The notes under the pieces are model-generated. The model was not told the DNA's origin, ran no database searches, and saw nothing but the letters and a program-made list of their open reading frames with translations. 32,884 bases of DNA, taken from positions 1 through 32,884 of the forward strand of contig JAYNIA010000027.1 in assembly GCA_038108555.1 (NCBI GenBank), given 5' to 3'. Below are positions 1 through 8,167 of the stretch, piece by piece (the first letter of the stretch is position 1; the number at the start of each line of letters is the position of its first letter). The position numbers were made by a program, and so were the translations under genes. This DNA is from Nitrospinota bacterium (lineage in GTDB: Bacteria > Nitrospinota > Nitrospinia > Nitrospinales > VA-1).

Positions 1-78
1 TGGCGTCCCCAGCGGGATTCGAACCCGCGTCGCCGGCGTGAAAGGCCGGTGTCCTGGGCCTGGCTAGACGATGGGGAC
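1..78 (-). tRNA. tRNA-Glu (anticodon TTC), CCA encoded
   Basis: Reverse complement GTCCCCATCGTCTAGCC...CCGGC-CT-TTC-AC-GCCGG...GGTTCGAATCCCGCTGGGGACGCCA folds as a cloverleaf with T-loop GTTCGAATC and a 3' CCA. Confidence 0.97.
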
Positions 79-106
79 GTTCAATTTATTGTAAAAAATA
101 AAGAAG

Positions 107-179
107 TGAGCCGCGAAGGGATCGAACCTTCGACCACTTGATTAAAAGTCAAGTGCTCTACCAACTGAGCTAGCGGCCC
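107..179 (-). tRNA. tRNA-Lys (anticodon TTT), CCA not encoded
   Basis: Reverse complement GGGCCGCTAGCTCAGTTGGTAGAGCA-CTTGA-CT-TTT-AA-TCAAG-TGGTCGAAGGTTCGATCCCTTCGCGGCTCA; canonical D, anticodon and T arms. Confidence 0.96.
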
Positions 180-207
180 CTTCTTGAAACGCGCAAGCGA
201 AACGTGG

Positions 208-236
208 AAAATATCAAACCTATAATAGCATGTCAA
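208..236 (-). promoter_or_regulatory. sigma70-type promoter of the tRNA-Lys/tRNA-Glu operon
   Basis: Minus strand TTGACA-17 nt-TATTTT ending about 30 nt upstream of tRNA-Lys. Confidence 0.65.
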
Positions 237-250
237 CGCATTTATTTGCC

Positions 251-279
251 TTGATTTTCAGCCTAAGGGCAAATAATAT
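251..279 (+). promoter_or_regulatory. candidate sigma70 promoter for ilvE, divergent from the tRNA promoter
   Basis: TTGATT-17 nt-TAATAT upstream of the AGAGG SD and TTG start. Confidence 0.4.
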
Positions 280-335
280 CTAACTTTACACTAATTTTAC
301 GTAATCACCCTAATTCTCGTATATAAGAGGCTCTT

Positions 336-1253
336 TTGGAAAAATCAGAAAAAATCTGGATGGATGGGAAAATGGTTCCCTGGCACGAAGCAAATGTTCA
401 TGTTCTCACACATACCCTCCATTATGGACTGGGCGTGTTTGAAGGAATCCGCTGCTACAACTCGAAAGAAAATGGTTCTGCCATTTTCCGGCTGCAGGAA
501 CATGTCGATCGTCTTTTCAACTCCGCCGTCATTCTCGGAATCGAAGCTCCTTTTTCCAATAAAGAAATCCACGATGCCATCCTCCAGGTGGTTCGCCAAA
601 ACAAGCTGGAGGAATGCTATATCCGCCCTATCATTTTTCTGGGAGATAACAAAATGGGTCTCAATCCGTCTGGGGTGGATGTCCGCTGTGCTATAGCTGC
701 CTGGCCGTGGGGAACCTATCTGGGTGAAGATGGACTCAACAAGGGAATTCGCGTTCGCCTGTCTTCGTTCACACGCCACCATATCAACATCACGATGACC
801 AAGGCGAAAGCATGTGGGTACTATATCAATTCTATTCTCGCAAAGGCGGAAGCGCATCGCGATGGTTACGACGAAGCCATTCTGCTCGACACCAGCGGTT
901 ATGTTTCGGAAGGTTCGGGAGAAAATGTTTTTATCTATTCCAAGGGGAAATTACATACCCCTGCCCTTTCGTGCGCCAACCTGGATGGAATCACTCGGGA
1001 TGCGGTCATTCAAATTTGCCGGGAACTGGGTATCGGGGTTGAGGAAAGAAACATCACTCGCGATGAACTATATATTGCCGATGAGTTTTTTCTGAGTGGA
1101 ACCGCTGCTGAAATCACACCGGTCCGTGAAGTCGATAACCGGACCATAGGTGAAGGAAAGAAAGGACCCATTACCGACAAAATCCAGCAGGCATTTTTTG
1201 AGATTGCCCGGGGTAACAATCCGGATTTCAGGGAATGGCTCACCCCCGTTTAA
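336..1253 (+). CDS. ilvE: branched-chain amino acid aminotransferase (PLP fold IV)
   Basis: Motifs [51 protein letters not shown] start with AGAGG SD. Confidence 0.95.
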   Translation: MEKSEKIWMDGKMVPWHEANVHVLTHTLHYGLGVFEGIRCYNSKENGSAIFRLQEHVDRLFNSAVILGIEAPFSNKEIHDAILQVVRQNKLEECYIRPIIFLGDNKMGLNPSGVDVRCAIAAWPWGTYLGEDGLNKGIRVRLSSFTRHHINITMTKAKACGYYINSILAKAEAHRDGYDEAILLDTSGYVSEGSGENVFIYSKGKLHTPALSCANLDGITRDAVIQICRELGIGVEERNITRDELYIADEFFLSGTAAEITPVREVDNRTIGEGKKGPITDKIQQAFFEIARGNNPDFREWLTPV

Positions 1254-1343
1254 AGGAATCCTCTGGAAAATTTTAGCCGTTGGCTTGCCAACCGGGCCTG
1301 CAAATCTTATTGAATAGCTGACAAAAAAAAGAGAGTTTGATTT

Positions 1344-1736
1344 ATGCCAATTTACGAATACGAATGTGAAAAATGCGGGGTCACTTTTGAGGCCATGCAG
1401 AACATCTCTGCAAAACCGCTTAAAACCTGCCAGGGCCTGGGCTGCAACGACAAGGACAATGGCAAGGTGCATCGGATCATGTCCCAATCGGGATTCATTC
1501 TCAAGGGCTCCGGCTGGTACGCCTCGGATTACCCATCAGAAGACCGCAAAAAGGGTTGGGAGAAAGAGAGCGGCCAATCCAAGGGTGGAACCGATGCCAC
1601 CCCTGCTCCTGCGGCAGACACCAAGGCTCCGGCTGCTGAAAAGAAAGCCGCACCGGCTCCGACCCCTGCTAAAAAACCAACGCAGAAAAATCCCTATTCA
1701 AGTGGAAAATCGAAAAAGGCCAAGGGTCCTAAATAA
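1344..1736 (+). CDS. FmdB-family zinc-ribbon protein with Ala/Pro/Lys-rich tail
   Basis: MPIYEYECEKCG...C...C...GFILKGSGWYASDY signature. Confidence 0.88.
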   Translation: MPIYEYECEKCGVTFEAMQNISAKPLKTCQGLGCNDKDNGKVHRIMSQSGFILKGSGWYASDYPSEDRKKGWEKESGQSKGGTDATPAPAADTKAPAAEKKAAPAPTPAKKPTQKNPYSSGKSKKAKGPK

Positions 1737-1745
1737 CCCTGCCTT

Positions 1746-2834
1746 ATGAACGAACCGGACCGCATACATCAAAATATTTTTTTCTCGCTCATTGATGGAC
1801 TGGTTCTGGTTTCCCCTTCCCTTTCAATCGTACAAAGCAATCTTGCCATTGAGGACCTTTTCCATAAATCCCGGGAAGCGATTGCAAACCGGCCTCTGGA
1901 AGAACTTTTCCCAAGACAACCGCAAATCATTGCCAAGGTCCGAAATGTTCTAGTTTCTGGAGCCTGCTACCACGATGTGGAAGCAAATGGAGCCAGGAAA
2001 ACAGCAGCCATCCAATTCCCTGTAAGTCTGACGATTTCTCCCTACCTCGAATCAGATGATTCTATCCAGGGTGTCATCATATTAATAAAAAACATGAGCC
2101 TGATTAAGGAATTGGAAGAACAGCAACGCCCCTCCGATCACTTGACCAATCTGGGGGCTTTGGCGATGGGATTGGCTCATGAAATTCGGAACCCTTTGGG
2201 GGGCATCCGTGGTTCCGCACAATTGCTGCGGAATGACATCAAGAAAAAAGCCCATCAGGAATATCTTGATGTGGTTGTCAATGAAGTGGATCGCATCAAC
2301 CAGTTGGTCAAACGGATGATGGATCTCACCAAACCCGTCGACATCAGGCTTAATGAAACAAATATCCATAAAGTTCTTGAAGATATTATTATCCTTGAAA
2401 AAGAAACTTTTGGCCGGAAGAATGGTCGCTTTCAACAAATCTACGATCCCAGTCTTCCTCTCATAGAAGCTGATGAAGACCAGTTAAAGCAGGTGTTCCT
2501 GAACCTCATAAAAAATGCGATCGAAGCCTCTCCCAATGGCGGCATCTTGCAAATCGTTACCCGGGTGAGCTCCGGGTTTGCGGTGAAAACTCCGGTTGCA
2601 AGTGTTCCCCGGCAATACATTGCGGTAGAGATTATTGACTCGGGCGAAGGAATGGATCAGGAAATGCAAAAAAAATTATTCACCCCTTTCCATACTACCA
2701 AGAGCAAAGGCAGTGGATTGGGTTTACCCATTTCCCTGAAAATTGTTGAAGACCACCACGGAAAAATAAAAGTCACCTCCGAAAAAGGACTGGGGACCAC
2801 CGTCCAGGTATTTCTGCCAATCCGCCAGAAATGA
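1746..2834 (+). CDS. ntrB: PAS-domain sensor histidine kinase, NtrB/GlnL-like
   Basis: PAS N-terminus; H-box LAHEIRNPLGGIRGSAQLL; YDPSLP; N-box LNLIKNAIEA; G-boxes DSGEG and GSGLGL; directly upstream of an NtrC-like gene. Confidence 0.85.
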   Translation: MNEPDRIHQNIFFSLIDGLVLVSPSLSIVQSNLAIEDLFHKSREAIANRPLEELFPRQPQIIAKVRNVLVSGACYHDVEANGARKTAAIQFPVSLTISPYLESDDSIQGVIILIKNMSLIKELEEQQRPSDHLTNLGALAMGLAHEIRNPLGGIRGSAQLLRNDIKKKAHQEYLDVVVNEVDRINQLVKRMMDLTKPVDIRLNETNIHKVLEDIIILEKETFGRKNGRFQQIYDPSLPLIEADEDQLKQVFLNLIKNAIEASPNGGILQIVTRVSSGFAVKTPVASVPRQYIAVEIIDSGEGMDQEMQKKLFTPFHTTKSKGSGLGLPISLKIVEDHHGKIKVTSEKGLGTTVQVFLPIRQK

Positions 2835-2846
2835 TAAAATAACTGA

Positions 2847-4295
2847 ATGAATTCACAACAAAGCAAAATTCTCATTGTCGATGACGAGAAAAATATTCTC
2901 TGGGTACTGAAAAAAGGTCTGGAGAAAAACAATTATCTCGTAGATACCGCCACCAGTGGTGAAAAGGCTCTGGACCAACTAAAGAACAACGATTACCTGA
3001 TGATGTTTTCAGATATTTTTATGGAAGGCATCAGTGGGCTTGAGTTGATGGAACAGTCCCGCCAGATTTCGCCGGATCTGAAAATTGTCATCATGACCGC
3101 ACAGGATTCCATGCGTAACACCATTGATGCGATGCGTTTGGGAGCCTACGACTATCTCGCCAAGCCTTTCGATTTTGAAGATGTTTATAAGCTGATCGAA
3201 AAGGCAGAAACGGCTCAATCCATTTCTCCCCCAAAGGAAGAAGAAATGAAACAGGGCCTTTCCACCACCGCCGAAAGCGATGGCGATACCATCATTGGTA
3301 AAAGCAGGCGCATGCAGGAAATATATAAAACCATCGGTAAATCGGCGGGCTCCGATTTATCCATCCTCATCACAGGTGAAAGTGGAACCGGGAAGGAAAT
3401 GATCGCCAGCACCCTGCATCACTATTCTGAAAGGAAAGACAAACCCTTTATCTGCATCAACTGCGCCGCCATTGCAAGGGAGCTTTTGGAATCCGAATTG
3501 TTTGGACACGAACGCGGTGCGTTCACAGGGGCGGTTGAAACAAAAACAGGAAAGTTCCAACAAGCGGATGGAGGCACCTTGTTTCTCGATGAAATCGGGG
3601 ACATGGAACTCCCGTTGCAGGCAAAAATTCTACGCGTCCTGCAAAACAATGAATATTACCGGGTGGGTGGAAAAGAACCGTTGCGTTCCAACGTGCGCAT
3701 CATTGCCGCCACCAATCAAAACCTGCTCGGCATGATTGAATCGAAAAAATTTCGTGAAGATTTGTATCACCGTCTGAATGTCATCCACATAGATATGCCG
3801 CCCTTAAGGGAGAGACTGGAAGACGTTCCCCTGTTGGCCAACCACTTTATCAATAGATACTCCAAGTCTCTGGCCCGGGGCACGGTATACCTTTCACCCG
3901 ATGTGGAACGCATTCTCAGTGGTTACCACTGGCAGGGAAATATCCGCGAGTTGGAAAATGTCATTAAACGTGCCGTGATGCTGGCGCTTTCCGGACCCAT
4001 CCTTCCCGAACACCTTCCTGCGCATCTACAGGAAGAGGACGATTCTTCCAGCCAATGGGATGACCGGTTGAACCAGCTCATCCTGGATTTTTTGAAAAAC
4101 AACTATGAGGAAAAAGAAGGCATCTTGTATGACACGCTCATTCAAAAGGTGGAGAAACATCTTTTCGAAATCATCCTCGGAAACCATTCGGGCAAACAGG
4201 TCGCTGCGGCGAAAGTCCTGGGCATCAACCGAAATACCCTGAAAAGGAAAATTGATGCCATGAATATTGAAGTCAAAAAAGGTCGCATCCAATAA
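2847..4295 (+). CDS. ntrC: sigma54-dependent response regulator, NtrC/GlnG-like (REC-AAA+-Fis HTH)
   Basis: VDDE receiver domain, GESGTGKE, ESELFGHERGAFTGA, LFLDEIGD, GNIRELEN, LGINRNTL HTH. Confidence 0.88.
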   Translation: MNSQQSKILIVDDEKNILWVLKKGLEKNNYLVDTATSGEKALDQLKNNDYLMMFSDIFMEGISGLELMEQSRQISPDLKIVIMTAQDSMRNTIDAMRLGAYDYLAKPFDFEDVYKLIEKAETAQSISPPKEEEMKQGLSTTAESDGDTIIGKSRRMQEIYKTIGKSAGSDLSILITGESGTGKEMIASTLHHYSERKDKPFICINCAAIARELLESELFGHERGAFTGAVETKTGKFQQADGGTLFLDEIGDMELPLQAKILRVLQNNEYYRVGGKEPLRSNVRIIAATNQNLLGMIESKKFREDLYHRLNVIHIDMPPLRERLEDVPLLANHFINRYSKSLARGTVYLSPDVERILSGYHWQGNIRELENVIKRAVMLALSGPILPEHLPAHLQEEDDSSSQWDDRLNQLILDFLKNNYEEKEGILYDTLIQKVEKHLFEIILGNHSGKQVAAAKVLGINRNTLKRKIDAMNIEVKKGRIQ

Positions 4296-4299
4296 GACC

Positions 4300-5250
4300 G
4301 TGCAAACTCAACGCATTTTTTCTATCAAAAGTCCTCTCGGGCCACCGGTAGAAATCCTCAAACATGTTTTCCCCGCACAATCCAATAACCCTCGGGTCTC
4401 TTTTGTTGCCGGACTCCATGGCGACGAGTTGGAAGGACTTTATGTCTGCCACAAACTTCTGCGCTATCTGAAAGAACTTGAAGCCTCCAACCCCGAAGCG
4501 ATTCAGGGGGAAATCAATATTTACCCGGCAGTGAACCCGCAGGCGCTGGATAACGCCACGCGGCTCTGGCCCTTCTTTTCCCAGGATATCAACCGCACCT
4601 TTGGTCCGGGACAAACAGAGTCCCTTGCCGTTGAAACATCACAAACGCTTTTAGAGGATTTAAAAGCATCCTCAGACATTGTGGTCGATTTTCATTCAAG
4701 CAATCTCCAGTTGATGGAGCTTCCACAAATACGGGTAATAAAGGATTTTGAAAAAAAGCTCCTGCCACTGGCCAAAAAATGCAATGTGGATTTGGTTTGG
4801 GTCCATCCCAACGCAGAAATATTTGCATCGACCTTAGGCTTTAACCTGAACATCGCAAAAACTCCTACGCTGGTCATCGAAACAGGAATTTGCCATCGCA
4901 TTCACCCCGAACAGGGCGATCAAATTTTTAAAGGCGTGCTCAACCTCCTTCGTGAAGCCGGAACCCTGGACATCAAATCAGAACCTGTCAAAGAACCCCT
5001 GCTGGTCCAACCGGATCACGTGAAAATGGTTCAAACCCAGTATGCAGGATTATTTATTAAACAGGTAGAGGTGGGCCAGACCCTTGAGGAAGGGGAAAGA
5101 ATCGGCCAACTCATCGACCCGGTGGAAGGCAGTGTTCTTAAAGAAATCGTTTCTCCGTGTTCGGGACTCTTGTTCACCCTGCGCGAGCATCCTCTGGTGC
5201 ATAAAGGATCACCACTGGCACGCATTGCCGAGGACCTGGGCAAAAAATGA
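4300..5250 (+). CDS. succinylglutamate desuccinylase/aspartoacylase (AstE/AspA, M14-like) zinc hydrolase with C-terminal barrel-sandwich domain
   Basis: AGLHGDE, DINRTF, VDFHS and IETG motifs; GTG at 4300 preferred over TTG at 4267 because it aligns with the paralog N-terminus and avoids overlap with ntrC. Confidence 0.85.
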   Translation: MQTQRIFSIKSPLGPPVEILKHVFPAQSNNPRVSFVAGLHGDELEGLYVCHKLLRYLKELEASNPEAIQGEINIYPAVNPQALDNATRLWPFFSQDINRTFGPGQTESLAVETSQTLLEDLKASSDIVVDFHSSNLQLMELPQIRVIKDFEKKLLPLAKKCNVDLVWVHPNAEIFASTLGFNLNIAKTPTLVIETGICHRIHPEQGDQIFKGVLNLLREAGTLDIKSEPVKEPLLVQPDHVKMVQTQYAGLFIKQVEVGQTLEEGERIGQLIDPVEGSVLKEIVSPCSGLLFTLREHPLVHKGSPLARIAEDLGKK

Positions 5251-6239
5251 AAGAAAAAATTCTCACACTGCCGACGCCATACGGTGGCAACCTGGAACTT
5301 TATAAAAACACCTGGGGGAAATCCGGCGAACCCTTATCTATCGTCAGTGGATTGCAGGGCGACCATTTAAACGGATTGTTTTTAAATTCCCACCTCACCC
5401 AGTTTCTCGATAGCGTGGTTGAAGGACTGGACCCCAATTACAAACTCACCGGTCAGGTGCAGACTTTTCCGGTGGTCAATGCCAACGCCGTGCAATCCGG
5501 CGCTCGGCTTTGGCCATTGGACGGAATGGATATGGACCTCGCGTTTCCCGGAAACCCGGAGGGGGAAACTTCGGAAGCGATTGCATCAGCCATTTTGCAA
5601 CATACTCAGGATTCTTTCTGGGGACTGATTTTAACCTCGGCCCCGCCGCATTACGAAGATGCCCCTCATATCCAGGCCCACAATCCTGATAGCAGAGAAA
5701 AGAAAATGTGCCGCGATCTGCAGATTGAGGCGGTGCGCAATCAAAAAGAATCTTCCACCCAAAAAGTGAACCTGTTCCATCACTGGCAGGAGCAGGAAAT
5801 TTCATCGGTCATGGTTTCTGCCGGGTCGCCCCGGACCATCAATCCGCAGCAATGTGAAGTTCTGTTTCAGGGGATTCTGAATTTTATGAAAGCGGAAGGA
5901 ATACTAAAGGATCAGCGAAATAAAAAAACTGAGAGCAAAGTAAAACCACGAATTTATCAACCCCATGAAGAAGTTCTGGTAAAGACAACAACGGCAGGAA
6001 TGCTCCTCAAAGAAGTTAAAGTGGGGAGCCAACTAAAGCAGGGGCAGAAAATCGGCGAAGTCCGCGACATATATAGTGGAAAGCGGTTGGAAGAACTCAC
6101 CGCCCCGGAAGACGGAATGTTGGTCACCCTCCGACAATACCCGATTGTTTATGAAAGAGAACCAATCGCTATCATCCTATCCGGCAAAGACAACTGGCAA
6201 AAACTCGGTCACGCCATCAAGTCGATGGTGAAGGGTTAA
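5247..6239 (+). CDS. AstE/AspA-family paralog with degenerate active site
   Basis: Colinear with the upstream gene (RLWP, LVTLRQYP); ATGA overlap; HGDE is replaced by QGDH, NR by DL, DFHS by LTS. Confidence 0.8.
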   Translation: MKEKILTLPTPYGGNLELYKNTWGKSGEPLSIVSGLQGDHLNGLFLNSHLTQFLDSVVEGLDPNYKLTGQVQTFPVVNANAVQSGARLWPLDGMDMDLAFPGNPEGETSEAIASAILQHTQDSFWGLILTSAPPHYEDAPHIQAHNPDSREKKMCRDLQIEAVRNQKESSTQKVNLFHHWQEQEISSVMVSAGSPRTINPQQCEVLFQGILNFMKAEGILKDQRNKKTESKVKPRIYQPHEEVLVKTTTAGMLLKEVKVGSQLKQGQKIGEVRDIYSGKRLEELTAPEDGMLVTLRQYPIVYEREPIAIILSGKDNWQKLGHAIKSMVKG

Positions 6240-6370
6240 AAATCTGGATAGGTAAAACCCTCCAACGCTAAAAATCCTTTTCTAAAAAATTTTTAATGTT
6301 GTTTTTATAGCGGGTTTGTTTTCAGGGTCTTATATTTATTTATAAACAAAGACATTTTAGGAAAACGGAC

Positions 6371-6931
6371 ATGCGAAAGAAAAAACGACAAAGCATTGAA
6401 GAGGCCTGGCGGGCCACGTTCTCCACCTCAGAGAGGACCAAGAAGCAGGCCGATATATCGTGGATCGTCTGGCTGTTCGAAAACCCGAGAAGTCCCCTGG
6501 CCCTGCACGGTGCCGCCAGCCTTTATACCCACGATCACATCCACCTGCTGCTGGACCGTTGTATCGACAAGGAAGATGAGGCCTTCGTCATCGGATTCTC
6601 CATGGGAAACGACACAAAAACCAACTGGCTGGATGTGTGGCTTTTTAAATTTGTCTCCCGTTTTTTGTATCCAGAAGACTACCGCTTCGATTCCCGACAT
6701 CTAAAAATTTATGATATGGGATTCCAGTTCGGCCGCACCCGCAAATTCAAAAACATCACCTCCATCGATTTTTCCAAACTTGATCTCAAAATGGACCTGT
6801 CGCGTGTCCGAAAAATATTTGATATCGATGAAAATGAACTGGAAGAGTTTGATAAGGAAATAGCGGTAGTAACCTTTGGTATCGGAAAGGAAAAACAACC
6901 CCCTCTGTCCCCCTTGTCAGGGGGAATCTAA
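6371..6931 (+). CDS. hypothetical protein with Coq4-like HDxxH-x11-E metal-binding motif
   Basis: HDHIHLLLDRCIDKEDE; AGGA upstream of ATG. Confidence 0.7.
   Translation: MRKKKRQSIEEAWRATFSTSERTKKQADISWIVWLFENPRSPLALHGAASLYTHDHIHLLLDRCIDKEDEAFVIGFSMGNDTKTNWLDVWLFKFVSRFLYPEDYRFDSRHLKIYDMGFQFGRTRKFKNITSIDFSKLDLKMDLSRVRKIFDIDENELEEFDKEIAVVTFGIGKEKQPPLSPLSGGI
6897..6928 (-). repeat. dispersed GC-rich palindromic (REP-like) repeat, copy overlapping the ORF 3' end
   Basis: Reverse complement GATTCCCCCTGACAAGGGGGACAGAGGGGGTT resembles 31632-31662. Confidence 0.65.
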
Positions 6932-6953
6932 AAGCTCTTCTAGAAGCTTTTTT
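6930..6953 (+). terminator. candidate intrinsic (possibly bidirectional) terminator
   Basis: AAAAGCT...AGCTTTTTT inverted repeat with T tract, between convergent genes. Confidence 0.35.
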
Positions 6954-7003
6954 GGTTTGGTTCGTCTTAGGAGCCACGACCATTTGGCCGCCGGGCCTCC
7001 CGG

Positions 7004-7246
7004 CTAGACGTGCATGAGGAAAAGGATCATACCACCCAGGCACAGCCCCGTACCCAGCAAGGTCATTAGGGTTCCGCGCAGGGATTTGGATTTGGCTCCA
7101 TCCGATTTTTTTTTGCCGTAACGGTTTTTGGCATCTTTTTCAAACTCCTCTTCTTTTCTTTCTATGTTGCGGCAGATACTGAGCACCACTCCCCCCAACC
7201 CAAACAAAACGACCGCCCAAATCTGTTCCACCACCAGCATATCCAT
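7004..7246 (-). CDS. small membrane protein with two TM helices, hypothetical
   Basis: Two hydrophobic segments separated by a charged loop; GGAG SD upstream. Confidence 0.65.
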   Translation of the reverse strand: MDMLVVEQIWAVVLFGLGGVVLSICRNIERKEEEFEKDAKNRYGKKKSDGAKSKSLRGTLMTLLGTGLCLGGMILFLMHV

Positions 7247-7429
7247 GAGTCACTCCAATCCTTTCACTTACTGTTTCTTATCGGAACAAAAACCGCTTAC
7301 TTTTGTGAGAGCCGCCAGTATAGCAATTAACGCTTAATAAACAAATAGTTCTAAGCCACAAAAGGTTGATGCTCCGTAACGAATGGGATAAAATTAAGGG
7401 CCAAAGTGTTGCAATGCCCCTGTTTCCTC

Positions 7430-8167
7430 ATGAGCGCAGCGAAAACCATAAAAAACAATATATTAATCCAGAACGACTCCGGCTACCGGTATTCGATAGA
7501 ACCCTTTTTATTGGCAGATTTTGCCAGGCTGCTGCCGGGTCAGGAAGTGCTGGACATTGGTACCGGTTGCGGCATCATTCCGCTTCTCATGCTCCACCGG
7601 GAACCGGAACTCAGGATAACCGGAATTGAAATCCAGGAATCGGCTGCTGCAAATGCCAGGGAAAATGCTTCGGGAAATCAGGAGAAAATTAAAATCATCC
7701 AGGGTGATTTTCTTGAAACGGATTTTAACCAGAACCAGTTTGATTTAATCGTGTCAAATCCGCCTTACCGCAAAATCAATTCTGGCCGCATTAATCCGGA
7801 TGAAGGAAAAGCCATTGCCCGCCATGAGTTGAAACTGAGTCTGCCCACCCTGCTTGACCATGCCAGACCGTGCTTGAAACGAAACGGTCATATCGCACTG
7901 GCCTACCCCCCCCTGCGGTTGCAGGAAACGTTACGCGAGTTGGAAAAAAGGGAACTGTTCCCTGCGCGGATTCGTTTCATTCATGGGAACAGGGATGCAG
8001 AGGCTAAAATTTTTCTGGTCGATGCCATCAAAGAAAAGAAAAGCGATTTAATAGTCGATTCTCCACTCTATGTTTATAATAAGGACGGAAGCTATTCTCA
8101 GGAGATGCAGGAGATCTATGATTCCTTTAATTGTGCTGACAGGCCCGACGACCTCGGGGAAAAGTGA
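7430..8167 (+). CDS. tRNA1(Val) A37 N6-methyltransferase-like (TrmN6/YfiC family)
   Basis: QNDSGYRYSIEPFLLADF, VLDIGTGCG SAM motif, IVSNPPY, IARHE; ATG at 7430 chosen over TTG at 7406. Confidence 0.85.
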   Translation: MSAAKTIKNNILIQNDSGYRYSIEPFLLADFARLLPGQEVLDIGTGCGIIPLLMLHREPELRITGIEIQESAAANARENASGNQEKIKIIQGDFLETDFNQNQFDLIVSNPPYRKINSGRINPDEGKAIARHELKLSLPTLLDHARPCLKRNGHIALAYPPLRLQETLRELEKRELFPARIRFIHGNRDAEAKIFLVDAIKEKKSDLIVDSPLYVYNKDGSYSQEMQEIYDSFNCADRPDDLGEK

